A stretch of 64,000 bases of DNA from Podarcis erhardii. Taxonomy: Eukaryota. Positions within the stretch are counted from its first letter, which is position 1. Every line of letters starts with the position of its first letter. Location: the NCBI GenBank assembly GCA_964252035.1, contig OZ176203.1, one strand, 5' to 3'. This document shows, piece by piece, positions 13,484-26,700 of this stretch. The notes beneath the pieces were generated by a model. That model searched no databases. It was not told the origin of the DNA and saw only the letters and a list, made by a program, of their open reading frames with translations. The translations under genes and the position numbers were made by a program.

Positions 13484-14182
13484 GTTCTTAAGAACACTCT
13501 TGTGCTTTCCTTGTGACACTGCTGCACTGCTTCATGGTTCCCTTTTATTAAAGTCTCTTTCCACAATATGCTACTTATGCCACCCAAGTCATATGCCTGA
13601 CACCAGGTTGCCTAAACAGGCCAATGTTTTCAACAGAGGCAACAAATGAAAAGGCTATTTCGTATATTATGCTTGTCCTATAAACGTCTCAGCATATTTG
13701 ACATGATTATCTAGAAGAGATTGACAACTTCTGGAGAAGTTCTTGCAGCGTAACATCAAAATGAGTTCTAATTGTTTTCTAGGTGGCCTTGTTGCCTTAC
13801 AGTTCACCATGCCAATAAAATTATTTATAAACTCTTCCAGACTATGCAGTCTTTCCGCCCTCTCTCATCACACTCTTCTCTGAGCATAATAGGATGTTTA
13901 TTTTAATTATTTCATGAAATTTATACACCTTTTGATAGTAAAAACACCCACCCACCCACCCTCAAAGCAATTTACAAAAGATAAAACAGTAAAATCAAGA
14001 AAAATTGCAACCCTACTTTAAAATATACAAAAGCTAGATAGAGAATATTGTACATTATTTATTAAACTACCCATTATGTAATGGCTCAGATGAGTTCATT
14101 CTCTTAGAGCCCTTAATGAATTCCTAGGCTTTGTTAAGGTTTGATACTTGTTATGCAATCAAAGCACAATATGTAACCCATA

Positions 14183-14183
<1 letters not shown>

Positions 14184-14232
<49 letters not shown>

Positions 14233-14690
14233 TTTTTATGTTATTTTTATTTATACCCCGCCCTCCCCAGCCAAGACTGGGCTCAGGGCGGCTAACACCA
14301 AATTTAAAATACAGCTAAAAAACCCCCAAAACCCAATTAACTAAAACACAGCTTAAAATACAGCTTAAGATGCAGTCTTGTTTTACTGGCGGTCCATAAA
14401 CCAAGACCTTAAGGGAAGGAAACATCAAATATTCACCAGGGCCAGCTATCCATGCTGGTCCTACATGGGCCAGCAAAAGGGCCGAGGGAAAATTTATATG
14501 CAGGATCCCATATAAGGGGTTCCATCAAAAAAAGAAGAGGGGAGGTCAGACTGAGCCCTGACCAAAGGCCTGGTGGAACAGCTCCTCTTGCAGGCCCTGC
14601 GGAAAGATGTCAAATCCCACAGGGTCCTGGTCTCCAACGACAGAGCGTTCCACCAGGTCGGGTCCAGTGCTGAAAAGGCCTTGGTCTAGT
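14184..14690 (-). mobile_element. 5'-truncated L2 LINE 3' end with (AAT)16 microsatellite tail (14184-14231)
   Basis: tttatttataccccgccctccccagcc and aaggcctggtggaacag...gttccaccagg are typical reverse-complement L2 3' sequence; simple-repeat tail. Confidence 0.7.
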
Positions 14691-15651
14691 CTTTATTTGC
14701 TGTTGTAACTTATAAAAGATGCTATAGATTGGTGCATTTAGTTGCTATTTCTTGGACTGATGACCATGTGCTATGCTTTAATCTTGCTGGTGGTAGATAC
14801 CCTTTGATCTTTCTGTCCCTACATCTGAATGATTCTAAGTATTCTATTTGAATTCTCATTTTGCATAATGGAATGTTTTACCTTATGGTCAATAAACTTC
14901 AAGCAAATATATTTATTAAGCTATATATGTTCTAGCATAATAAGAATGATGCACAATGTAAGCAAATTATTGTTTACATACACAAAGCAGTAAATGGAAT
15001 TGCATAGTGAGTCATTATTTATATAACACTATCAATGTAACATATAATAGTAGACTACCTTCCCAATTGTCCATTCACAGACTGTCCTGTAATTGAAAAA
15101 TTGCTTTCAGCGTGTAAAGTGATAAAATTATATTTGTAATTATGCTTAGTGCTTTGAAGTAAAATGAAACTGTAGTGTGTTTATTCTGTTTTGATTTACT
15201 TGTGTTTGCTAGAGACACTCTCAAATGCCTCTTATAGAAGCAGCTCTGAATTAATCAGGCACAGCTCCAATAGGATTATTTGAAGTGGTAACATACACTA
15301 AGCAGAGCTATGATCTTACAAGTCATAAGCACTGTCATGCTACTTGCTAAATTGGGCAGCAATCAACAGCATATTTACACAAACTCTGAAAGTATCTCAT
15401 TTAGTTCAGCAGCTACAGGAGGATAATTTTTTAAAGAACAGTAGCCTTTAGTTTGCTCTGCAAAACAACTGGATCAGAGTGCTTGAATATAATCGCCCAT
15501 GCAGTCTCATCCTACACATATATACAGTATTTACTTCTGAGAAAATTCAATAGACCTTTTTTCCAGGTAATTCCAGGTGCATAGGATTGCAGCATGGATG
15601 CTGGTACTTACTTAAATCCAAGCACTCTATCTTTAGATCTCAGCTGTAATC

Positions 15652-15776
15652 TAAGGTTACCAGATGTCCCTGTTTCTCGGGGACAGTCCCTGGATTTACA
15701 AATCAGTCCCCATACAAGATCCATTGAAGTTGAAAAGTGTCCCCGGATTCATTGAAAAAAAAATCTGGTAACCTTA
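15652..15776. mobile_element. hAT-like MITE
   Basis: Perfect 14-bp TIRs taaggttaccagat (15652-15665) and atctggtaacctta (15763-15776); no clear 8-bp TSD. Confidence 0.7.
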
Positions 15777-15839
15777 TATATGTTGAACTCAGCAAAGCAG
15801 CCAAATGGATCTTTGGATAACTCACATGCAACCCTTTAA

Positions 15840-15965
15840 CTCCCTCAGAAGATGGTGGACTCTCTCTCCTTCCTTTAAGGTTTTAAAGCAGTGGCTGGAT
15901 GGCCATCTGTCATGGATCCTTTAAGTGAGATTCCTGCATTGCATAGAATTCTACAATTCTATGAA
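15840..15965 (+). mobile_element. CR1 LINE 3' end fragment
   Basis: gatggtggactctc...aggttttaaagcagtggctggatggccatctgtc...attcctgcattgc...ttctacaattctatga is CR1 3' UTR-like with the typical tail. Confidence 0.65.
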
Positions 15966-16534
15966 CTGCAGCCGATGAATGAATACAGGGGAACATTTTT
16001 TGTCCCAAACACTTAAGAGTATGCATCTGAGCCAGAAGACACGTTCCTCTTGACCATATGAACGAACTAATATGTACTATAAATTGCAGGTTCTGAATTT
16101 TATTTTTAATCCTGTTCTTCAAACGAGGCTCCCAGAACAGCTTACAAATCACTAAAGAAGAGGCAGTCCCTGCCCTTGAGCTTCATCTAGAAGGGCATGG
16201 CACAAAAGCAAAATGGACCAGGGTGGAAAGAGAAAATACATGGACGCTGGCTAATAGCTCCAGGAAAGGAGGCACCTGAAGTTCATGGCCTTTTAGGAGC
16301 ACAAATTGAGCGGCTCTGCATCCCTTCTCTTTCTCCCTTTGCTGCAGGCTGATGCCAGCTGACAGTCGATGGAGGGAGGAGCCTGGCCCCGTCTTCTGGA
16401 TCTGGAAGGTCAAGAAGAGATATGCAAGGCGGCAGCAACAAAGCAGTAAAGAATGATGTACATGCAACTAACTTTGTTTTGTGTGATATTACAAGAACAG
16501 TTAAATCTAAGTAAATGGCCATGGCGATGAAATA

Positions 16535-16569
<35 letters not shown>

Positions 16570-16580
16570 ATAATAATAAT
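16535..16580. repeat. Compound microsatellite (TAC)11(TAA)4
   Basis: Directly visible. Confidence 0.95.
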
Positions 16581-16699
16581 GTTTTAATATTTTCTTTTAT
16601 TGTTGTGCCACTACGCCCTATGTTCACATTTATATTAACTGGGGAGAACGACTGCACAAATAAACCCGCACAGTGGCAACTTTTTCTTCTGGGGACAGC

Positions 16700-17720
16700 C
16701 CTGTTTGCTGTGTCCCCCCCCCCCGCCCCGGTCTTCAGAGCGCTGCCTGCTTCTCCCACGACCCGCCACTTCCTTCCTTCCGCCTTGTTCTGTCCTCCCC
16801 TTTAAAGCTTCCGATTCCTCTCGGAGGCCAGCCGCGCCACCTGGAGCCTCCCCTTTAACGCCCCGCTCCTTCCTCCGCCGGAAGCGGTCATGCTGGCGAT
16901 ACAGGAAGCGGATGAGCCTGGCACTTGCCTTCCATCCGTGGGGGCTGCGCGCGAGGGGGGGCCCACTTGGGGGTTTGGGAGGGGGGAGGGGCAGAAGGAG
17001 GGCGCTCCCCCTTTTTGAGGCGGCGGCGAGGAGGAAGAGCAGCAGCGGCGGCGGCGGCGGCGGGAGAGGGCGCGCCAGGAAGGTGTGGCGGTAGCGGCGG
17101 CGGGTCCATGGCGCGGCGCGGGCGGGGGAGCCGGAGCCGGGGCTGAGCGCCCTGCCCGCCCATGGAACCCGCCCCGGCGGCGGCGGCGGCAGCAGCAGCA
17201 GCAGCAGCAGAAGCAGCACCAGCGGCAGCAGCAGCCGGCGAAGGCGTGTTGGCGGAGGACGACGAGGAGGTGGAGGCGCCGCCGGTCATCTACACCATGG
17301 AGAACAAGCCCATCGTCACCTGTGAGTGACCCGGGAGTCGAGGAGGGGAAGGCAGGCAGGGGGGCGGGCGGGGGGCCGCCCCCCCCAGCGAAACCCCCGG
17401 GAGGGAGGAATGATGCTTCCCTGCTGGGCTCGGTGGGTTTCGCCTCTGGCGGGCCCTTTCTCTTAACTCCGCTTCTGGAAGACCTCCTGCAAACGCCGGC
17501 AGTTGGGAGAGGGAAATCCTTTACCCCCCCCCAAAAAAAACCCAACACCCCACCTCCCCCCATGTGTTCTGAGATTGCACGTGTGTCTGGAAGACCTTCG
17601 AGCACCCGAGGGTCCTGCTGGCCACGGGAAGCTTTAGCGTATGTGGACTGGATAGCCAAGAGACAGGCCGCCCTCCCCCCAATCCCCGATATGATCTGGG
17701 ATGTGCGGTGTTTGCACATG
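16700..17720 (+). promoter_or_regulatory. CpG island: TRAPPC10 promoter, 5' UTR and exon 1
   Basis: Abrupt GC- and CpG-rich block with GC boxes (ccccgcccc, ggggcggg) and GCG repeats around the first coding exon; the TSS cannot be fixed from sequence alone. Confidence 0.9.
17162..17321 (+). CDS. TRAPPC10: TRAPPC10 exon 1 (coding part)
   Basis: MEPAP(A)11EAAPAAAAAGEGVLAEDDEEVEAPPVIYTMENKPIVT, donor T|gtgagt. The start codon is inferred; a second Met lies at 17297. Confidence 0.9.
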
Positions 17721-20700
17721 TTTTAATGGATGTGCAGACGGTTGACAGGATGGATGTGCAGGTACCCCTCGTGCATTTTTATGCTTCTTTCACACCTTGC
17801 ACTGGGTGGTGGTTCTCCCTTCCCCATTCTCCCAAATGTAAGGAGAGAAAAAGGGGAGTAAACCCAAGTTGCTGTGTCTGTGATTAAGCTGGGTTTTCAA
17901 ACTTCAGGTGCAAGTAGTGTGTCTTAGTTGTTTGGTGTGGAGAGCTTGGAGCCACAAACATTTTGTATATAGTCTTCTGTTACATATTAGCCAGTGGCTT
18001 AATTGTCCTTGCTCTCCTAATGAATTAGGTGGGGCCCTGCGAAATGCTTGAAGCTGTCTAACTAGGTTGCTCTGTGGCATAGTTAAAGAAGTAGCAATAA
18101 ATACTATAAACAATGTAAATTGTATGTTAAAGAAAATTTCTGCTGTTTCCTTTCAGCCTGATTTAAAAAACAACAACCCCAAAGTTAAATTGTTGTAAGG
18201 AGATGTTAATAGGCTTGTGTCTTTGGGGACATGCATCAGAGTAAACAACAATGAAAGCATGGCTGTGTGGACATGCGATGCAGCCTTTGATCAAGCCACA
18301 GTTCTTCAGCCTCAGTTTTGCAAATATAAAGAAAAGATAGCAGTATTCTCCTTCACATGATGTGTTTGAGGGTATATGCAGTTAAGTTGTATATTGCTTA
18401 TGTTAAATAAGAAGAGTGGTGATAATGTATGCAGGGTGTATTGGGAGGAGTACTGATCTATTTGGGTATGGGCCAGTAAGTGACTGACTTTCTGGTAGAT
18501 GTGTTTAAGATCATGCAGAAGTTTTTTTTAGTACTGTGATGTCTCTCTTAACCCAGATGTTTTGCAGTACTAAAAACATAGTGGTGTTTTTTCCCCTTTA
18601 AAAAAACCCCAATAATTCCATAAAACAACTGAACAGTTAACATCTACATGGGGGCTTCAGCTAAGTTTATTCAGAGTAACCCCACTGAAATGAATGGCCT
18701 AACAGTCATGTTAAATAATTTCAGTGGTTCTACTCTGAACATAACTTAGTTGAATACAAACCCCAGATTATCTAACTCAAGAGTCGAACCAGATTGTTAT
18801 GGGAAAAGTAGATTAAAGGTGATCAACCCCAGAGTCGGTCACGACTGGACGTAATGGTCAGGGGTCCCGTTACCTTTTTAGTTCAGTTGAAGTTGACATA
18901 AATATATAATTATTAGCAGAGAGCAATCTAGTTATTTATTATAGATATATTAGCATTACAGTGGTACCTCGGGTTAAGTACTTAATTCGTTCTGGAGGTC
19001 CGTTCTTAACCTGAAACTGTTCTTAACCTGAAGCACCACTTTAGCTAATGGGGCCTCCTGCTGCCGCGCCGCCGGCGGAGCGTGATTTCTGTTCTCATCC
19101 TGAAGCAAAGTTCTTAACCCGAGGTACTATTTCTGGATTAGCCGAGTCTGTAACCTGAAGCATATGTAACCTGAAGTGTATGTAACCCGAGGTACCACTG
19201 TATATATGTGTGTAAATGTACAAAATAAATTTGCATATATAAAATCAGCATTTATAAAACATTCTAGGGTGTTCAAAACACTACATATGTGCTATTTCAA
19301 CATTTTGTGCAATGACCCTGAAAGGTAAGTAAGGATATTATTGTGCCCATATTGAAGATTGTGTGTCTTTATATGCATGTGCCTTATGCCAACTGGGAAA
19401 TGTATGGCTTAGAAACATGTAATCTTAGGGATGTCCCTGCTCACTTCACCAGCTCTCAGATCATTCTTAAGTTTATATGGATTGTGGATTCAACTGTCAG
19501 TTGTAATTTCTTATGATGTCATGCAAGCATTGTTTTCTTGAGTATGGATATAAGGTTCAACATCTATGTTTCTGTCAGATACTTGCTAATCTACACTCCA
19601 CTGTATTGCAGATCACCTTTTAATAAATATATATTTTAGCACTTTTAAAAAGGTTGCTTTTTTCACATTTCTGGTGTATACTAATGATAGTAAAACTGAT
19701 AGTCGGAGGCTGCAATCTTATGCACACTTCTGTAGATGTAAGCTCTGTTGAAGTCACTGGGACTTACTTCTGAGTAAACATGCATACGATTACATTGAAA
19801 ATCGGACTTCAGTGCTTTCTGTGAAGTAAGTATTAACCACTTTGTTCTTTGGTTCTGATAATGTTTTTCATACGTCTCATTTAATTTGAGATTTTAATTG
19901 AACATTGAGTCTAATAGGGCTTACTCCCAATTAAGTGAGCACAGGATTGTGCTATAACTACTTTTTACATAAGCGTAGAAGAACGCAGCTTCAGAACTTG
20001 GGTAACTTCCTGGACCAGCAGGATACTTCTCAAATCTCACCATGTTTTAACTCTTGGCACCAGAGTTTATGATTCATTTTATAAGAAAGTCAATTGTTGG
20101 CAAGAGAGGGGCACTCAAATATAACTCCATCCAGAGTTTTCATCTTTCCAAATTGCCATAGTTATTATAGTCAGATAAGACTGAAGGGGGAAGGGTATGT
20201 GAACTTTGAACCTGTCAGCAAAAGTAAAACACAGAGCAGTAACAATTTTAAAACTTCAGACCAACATCAACAGTGGAAGGCAGACTGAAATAAAAAAGGT
20301 ATTTATGGCCCATTTAAAAGAGGCTGAAGAAGCTGGCAAATAGGGGTTGGTTCATTCCATGAGGTGGCGTTTCACAGCAGAGAAGTTTAATCTTGACTGT
20401 GGGTCTGCAATAAAGGGCTCTGTGGCCAGTTTTAGAGGTTGTATATGTAGTCCTTCAAACAATCTGGTCTCAAACCATTTAGGCTTTAAAGGGAATAACC
20501 ACTTTAGTAGAAGAGGTGCAACTGCCAAATCAGACGAAACTGGTAAAGGCTGTCCTAGGAACAATGCAACCTGCACTGCCATAGATAATATAGAATTTGA
20601 GAGGAACTCCCAAGCTGTATGTTTGGCCTTCAGGAGGAGTGCAATACCATCCATTATTAGTTATGTTTAGGGAACAACCATTTTGCATGAGACTGCTGAT

Positions 20701-23700
20701 GTGTGTGCTGCTTTCAACCCTGGAATGGGACGGGGGCAGAACAGACTTAAACACAACGGCTGACTTGTGCAGTGACTTGGAACGCATCTCCTGTTCAAAT
20801 GGGGAGATGCCTGTACTTCACCTAGATCAGAAGATTTATATTCCCACACTTCCTCTGTCTAATCGCAGCTTGCTCTCATCCATCACACTTCCAGACGCCT
20901 TATACTGCTTCCCTGGGACCAGCAGATGCAAATGAGAGCCAGAGCTGTGTTGATTAAGACAGGACAGGGATTCTTTAGCTAGTATACCCCAATTTTTCCA
21001 TATTGCAAGGGGATTAGTAGGTGATCTGTGGCTATAGGAATTCTCTGCATTCCTTGGGGTGACTATGGGAACTGAAGGACTATGGCTAAGGTTTTGGCAG
21101 TCTGTTTCTTACCTGTGAGCATGCTTTGCTTTGGAGTTCTAGTTGCAACTTGGAGTTTTTGGTGAGTGTTTGGTTTTGTTCTGAAGTGGAGTAACTGTAA
21201 GAGGTCTGAGATCATAAGTGTTATCCATTTGCTCTTTCCTGGATGCTTGGGTGTCAGCCTTGGCTGTTTCTTATTTTGTCTAAAGTACTTTCTTTGTATA
21301 GTGTCATTACACCACTGTTCCCATCACCAAGTTTCCCTTAGCCTCTTGTATGCTAACAGTTCTGAAATCCATAGACATAGCCCATGCCACTCATCTTAAT
21401 TGGTTGGGATGTATACCTTTGTTTACTCTAGCATTTAAATATTTATTACTTGTGGCTATAGACCATTCCAAGAGTATCCTATACAGTACTCACATTGTGA
21501 GAGAGGATAGTATAATGTGGCTCTCCATTCACTCCAGTGAGAATGTTTTTATTTATACTAGCTTTGTAGGTCTAACTATGCTAGACGAGGATGCAGGAAC
21601 AGTGCCTGAGCTTCAAGATTAAGCTGGCCACTACTCTGATCCTCCTCCAGTATGTCTTCATCTTTACCTGTTATACTGTGCTGACTTAACAGTATTGTAA
21701 TGTCACCAGTGTTCGAAGTTTGCCAGGCATGTTTTGCTACTGGAGTGGGTCCAATTGCGACTACATGGAGACATCTAGATGCCAGGTTGGCAACTGACAT
21801 CTCTATCAAGCCAGCTGACTCATACACAGTCCTCCGTAATCACATCAAGGAAAGTAAGTGCAGGGCTGACTACAGATACATTTGAATGTGCTGCAGACTT
21901 TCCACAGACCACCCAAATGGAACTCACAAACCATAGTTTAAAAACCTCTGCCTTAGTCTGTAGGTAATATCATTTCCATTTCCACTGTGTGTGTTTCTCC
22001 TTATTGCATACTTGAACAAGTGAACTGTTTGTAAGAGCAAGCTACAGTCAAGCAGTGTAGTTTAGATCATAGAATTGTAGTGTTGGAAGAGACCGCGAGG
22101 GTCATCCAACCCCCTGGCAAATAGACATTCTGTTGTGGCGACCGTAACCTAGGTTCAAGGTGCCATTTGGCACCTAGCTTATATAACTGAGTTTCTAACA
22201 CAGAATGTCATTATGCTATCACAACTTCACAGTGCTGGTGTAACTTGGAGTAATGCCAGCACAAGAGATTACATATTAATTCCATTGTCACATAGGCAGT
22301 ATAACTCAAGGACTAGGTTGCATTGTTAATTTGTTGAGAATATCAAAATTATTTGGTTTGTGAAGTTTCTCACTAAGTAATCTGTTTGAATTACAAATAC
22401 ATGTTGGAAGTGCAATCCTGAGTACCTACGGCAAGAGCTAAACTAAATTTGTCTTGTTTTAATATCATGCCCTAGATTGTGTCCATGCTATCCCATTGTT
22501 TAAACTGAGAAATGTAAGTTAGAAATACTGCAGTTCTCTTTTGGCTAGTTTGATAAAACCAAACACCTTGGATATAATTTTTTAGAGAAAGAAGTTCTGT
22601 ATTTGTAGCATTTTATTATTTGAAAAGTTCTAAAATTGGTAACCAAAAACCGTTTAGAACCATCAGAACATTAGCTTGTCTGTGTAAGTGGAGTTAATGT
22701 TTTTCTGTTGCATGCTGAGCTCTGTAAATATGTTTGCTACAGTGTGGCATGTTCTGGTGAATTCTGAGTGATAACAGTTTAGTTATTGTGAATTCCAAAT
22801 ACAGTGTGTACAGCTGTACAAATTCCAGAAGAGCAACTATGTTAATTTTGCAATAAAAAAGAAAATAAGCATTGGTGACTGTTTGTGAACATTTGTAGTC
22901 AAGAGTCAGTGGTTTCATTTGCATGTAAGGCAAAGCCACCTGTGCTAAAACATGCATGAGTATAGTTTGTGTTTTTTGTATAGTTTTTAGCAAATAAATT
23001 TGGCAGGCTGACACTAGTCGAAGTTAGGCAGATTAGATGGTGTGTGAGTGGTGGCAGCATGTTGGTGCTATCTTGCTCCACACTTAGTTAAGAGGGGGAA
23101 CAAACCACACAGTGACCAGCCCAGTCTCAACCAGCACCTGTGGTTTGTTTCTCTCAAATAAACCACAATTGGGAAGCTAAGAACAAACCTTGGCTTCAGA
23201 TCAAGAGAAATAAACCACAAGTGTTGGTTTGGACAAAACACTAAGCCAGCCATTCTGTGATTTGTTTCTCTGTTCAAGGAAATGAGAAATGCTTGAGCAT
23301 GTTAACAGTGGCCAGCATTGTGTCTGAATGCAGTTAGTTTCTGAGAATGAAACTTATTGAGAAGTGGAATACAACTGTAACTCATGTTTATGCACAAATG
23401 GGAGGAAAAACCAATTTGAGAAGGTGGAAATAGAACTAAATAGGAATGCAAATATTTTCTAGGGTTGTTGTAGGTAATTTGAAAGTACAAAAGTGTTCAG
23501 TCAACTCCACAGGTTGGCTGATGTATGTTTTCCCTGGGTCCAAGTCTAGCGTTTTTTTCAGTTTGCTTCTGTTGTAGGTTTATGAGTTATAAGTCATTCA
23601 GGTGTGTGTATTAAATTTCAGTGAGGACTGGGGCATGTTTGGTCCCATAAGATATTGTGTTCCTTGGAAACTCATGCTCTCTGAAGTTTGGAGAGAATTG

Positions 23701-26700
23701 TCGAGTTCCCTTGCCAGGAATTCTTCCCTTGCACTAGGAGACTGCTGTCCTGGTGTAGGGGGTTGTGTGGCAGTCTGGCAGGCTTTTTGGCATGGAAAAT
23801 GTTACCTGAAGCAAAAATGCTTGAAAGCCACTAGAGAGTGACTTGTGTGCTGTATTCCAGCTGGTAACTGAAGGAATGTATTTCCGTTATTTAAACTTAA
23901 GGTTAAACAACAATACAGTGGTACCTCGGGTTACATACACTTCAGGTTACAGACTCCACTAACCCAGAAATAGTACCTCGGGTTAAGAACTTTGCTTCAG
24001 GATGAGAACAGAAATTGTGCTCTGGTGGCACGGCGGCAGCGGGAGGCCCCATTAGCTAAAGTGGTGTTTCAGGTTAGGAACAGTTTCAGGTTAAGAATGG
24101 ACCTCTGGAACGAATTAAGTACTTAACCCTAGGTACCACTGTATAGCCTGTGCTTGAAGATGCACAACCTTATATATTGTAACGTAAAAAGAAAAAAAAA
24201 TGGGGAGGGAAGACACAAGCAATCAGATTATTGCATCCTCATTTTCATGGGTGTTGCATTCTGGGTTATAGTGCACGTACGTTCCGCCTCCACCCACTCC
24301 CAGGACTGAAAATGGTGTGCACATCAGCAGTTGCACGTGCCTTGAACACACACAAAGTGGGAGTTGCCTGTACTAAGGAGAAGAAACTTTAGCTCTGTTT
24401 GGGGTTTTGGGCCATTGGTTCATCTCTTAATCATGTTCAAAGCTATTTGCCATTCACTAAATAGTTGAACCATTGGTGTCCAGAAAGTTAATTTATTGTA
24501 CGAGCTCAGATTAGCACTGAAGGTAAAGTAGAAATAAATGAAACCCTTTTGAAATTCCAGTCAAGGGGTTATACGATAGCAATGGGGTCATGAACAGTTC
24601 TACCAAACACTGTCCTGTATCTAAACTGGAAGAGCTGCGGCTGAAACTTAAAATGTGGCAGCTTTGAAATGAATGAAAGTTAGGACCAAACAAAGAGGCA
24701 CAATGCTGGCTTTAAATGTAGGTAGGCTCATTTACCACCCACTATAGCAGTAATTTTTGAGTACACATTCAGAAGAAATATTTCAAATTCCTAGATGCTA
24801 CTACTAAATTGTACGAGCTCAACATTATTTTTAGCCTATTTGAATTCTTCGGTTTGGTGTGAACCTAGTGTAATGTTTTCTCACTGGGAGTGCTTCTGGA
24901 ATGCTGTTTCTTGCATGTGAGTCTTTGCTGGAAAAATCTATGTGGCCTTTTACTTCCCTGTGGGTTTGCACATGAGAGTCTTTCTAAAAACACTCCCTTG
25001 GAAGAAAATCTTAGAATCTACTCTTAGCGTACTGCTCAAAAGTTTAAAACTCAGATTTTCAGCAAGTTGTGCAAGCTGGCAAAGGCAGAGATTTGTCCTA
25101 GTGGGCCTGTTTAGATATTAGATGTTGGAAAATTACAGACACGAAAACATTGATTTCTGATTACATAAACTCATAGAGTGGATTCTTTTTGAGCACCCCA
25201 GGATGTTGATTCTGTTACAGCCATGCTGTGTCTGCTGGATTTGTCTTATTAACTTTGTTGTGTCCTATGAGAAAATTTATCTGAGTTATTTTCTGTGTGT
25301 CAGTTTAGCGCCTGCTAGTAAAACAGAATGCTTTTAAAAAATGCATCTTTCTTAATTTATAATTTATTACGCTGTTTTTGTATCATGATCCTCCTCCAAA
25401 CAGGAGCACAGGGTGACTAACGACATAAAGGTATATAGCAATACATTTAATAAAACAATACAGAACTGAAATCACTTACAAAGCTTAGCAGCAATAGTCA
25501 ACCACCTCAGCTGCTCCAAGAGATGGGCATGGCAACTCATGGAATCTTTGGCAGACCTGAACAAGAATCCAATAATTTTGCACATTCCCTCTGGAATGCA
25601 ATGCTTGGTTAAATGTTAATGGGATGATGATCCATGCTGTTCTGTTGTTCAAATTGTTCCTTTACATTTGGCATGATTTGACGACTTTCCATGAAAGTTA
25701 ATTGTCAGCACGTAACATTGGCTTGGTAAGTTCACATGCCCACTTTCACAGTGTAAAGAGACTATGAAACTGACTTGCCAACTGAATGTGAGCTTGTGTG
25801 GAGCAGTAAATCTGAAAACTCAGACATTTTGAGTTTTGGATCCAGTTGAAAGGCTGAAAAGAGATCACTGGTTGGCAAATCAGTTCGGGGGATTTAGGGT
25901 GTGGCAGCTCAGAGGCAAGTATTTCCTGCTGTTTTTCTTGCTTCTCCAGCCTTGTAATACCTGCTCAGTTGTTCCCATGTACATAAATTGAATTGTACAG
26001 ATGTAAGTTTCCAGTAATCATCCAAAAGGAACAGACTGTTTCTTTGGAATTTGCTTTGCTTGGGGACGTGAATAGAATGAAACTATGTTTGGTTCATTCA
26101 TAAAAACCTTTAAACAATGGTTGGGCTCATGCTAGAATAGCCTCTTGCTGTGTTGTGAACAAGTTATCCCATAGGGAGTTCCTAGCTTCTCCTAGAGTGC
26201 TCTGGATTTTTAAATTGAAAATTTCAATCCTCAGCCTTCACTACACCAGTGGAGTAAAGTTGATACTACATAGGTAAATTTTATATTTAAAGACAGAAGC
26301 CACGTGCAATGATAGTATACCATGAACAGAAGCAGAGCACTGCTTGCAGAACATGCCAGCAGTGCAGAATACTGGAGGAAGAACATCCAGCACTCCTATT
26401 TTGTAGGGGTGCTGCTTCTTCATCACTCATCACACTTACTATAAGATCATTTGTTCTGAAAGGACCAGTTACAATAAGCAGGAGGAGGCAGGAGAGTGGC
26501 TGCTAGGCACATATCCCGGCTTGCCCCTGTGTAACAGATGACACTACTGGTAGTCTATTTATTTTACAGTGTCAATGCAGTAAGCCTCAGCTTACACAGG
26601 GGGTATATTCTGGGATTCATGCCTAAAGCCAAAATTGTGTATAATTGAAACACATTGGATGTAGTGGCAGGTATAATTGTCTTTCCCCCCAGATACCCAC

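Noticed and set aside
16283-17726. Many long overlapping ORFs (133-305 aa) on both strands around the promoter
   Set aside because: Expected in a GC-rich CpG island with triplet repeats and few stop codons; the real coding frame is the ATG at 17162, which the track misses because the exon is short.
20347-20935. Cluster of 85-112 aa ORFs that looked like a nested gene
   Set aside because: The minus-strand DNA matches decayed L2 ORF2 motifs, so the coding-like texture is transposon-derived.
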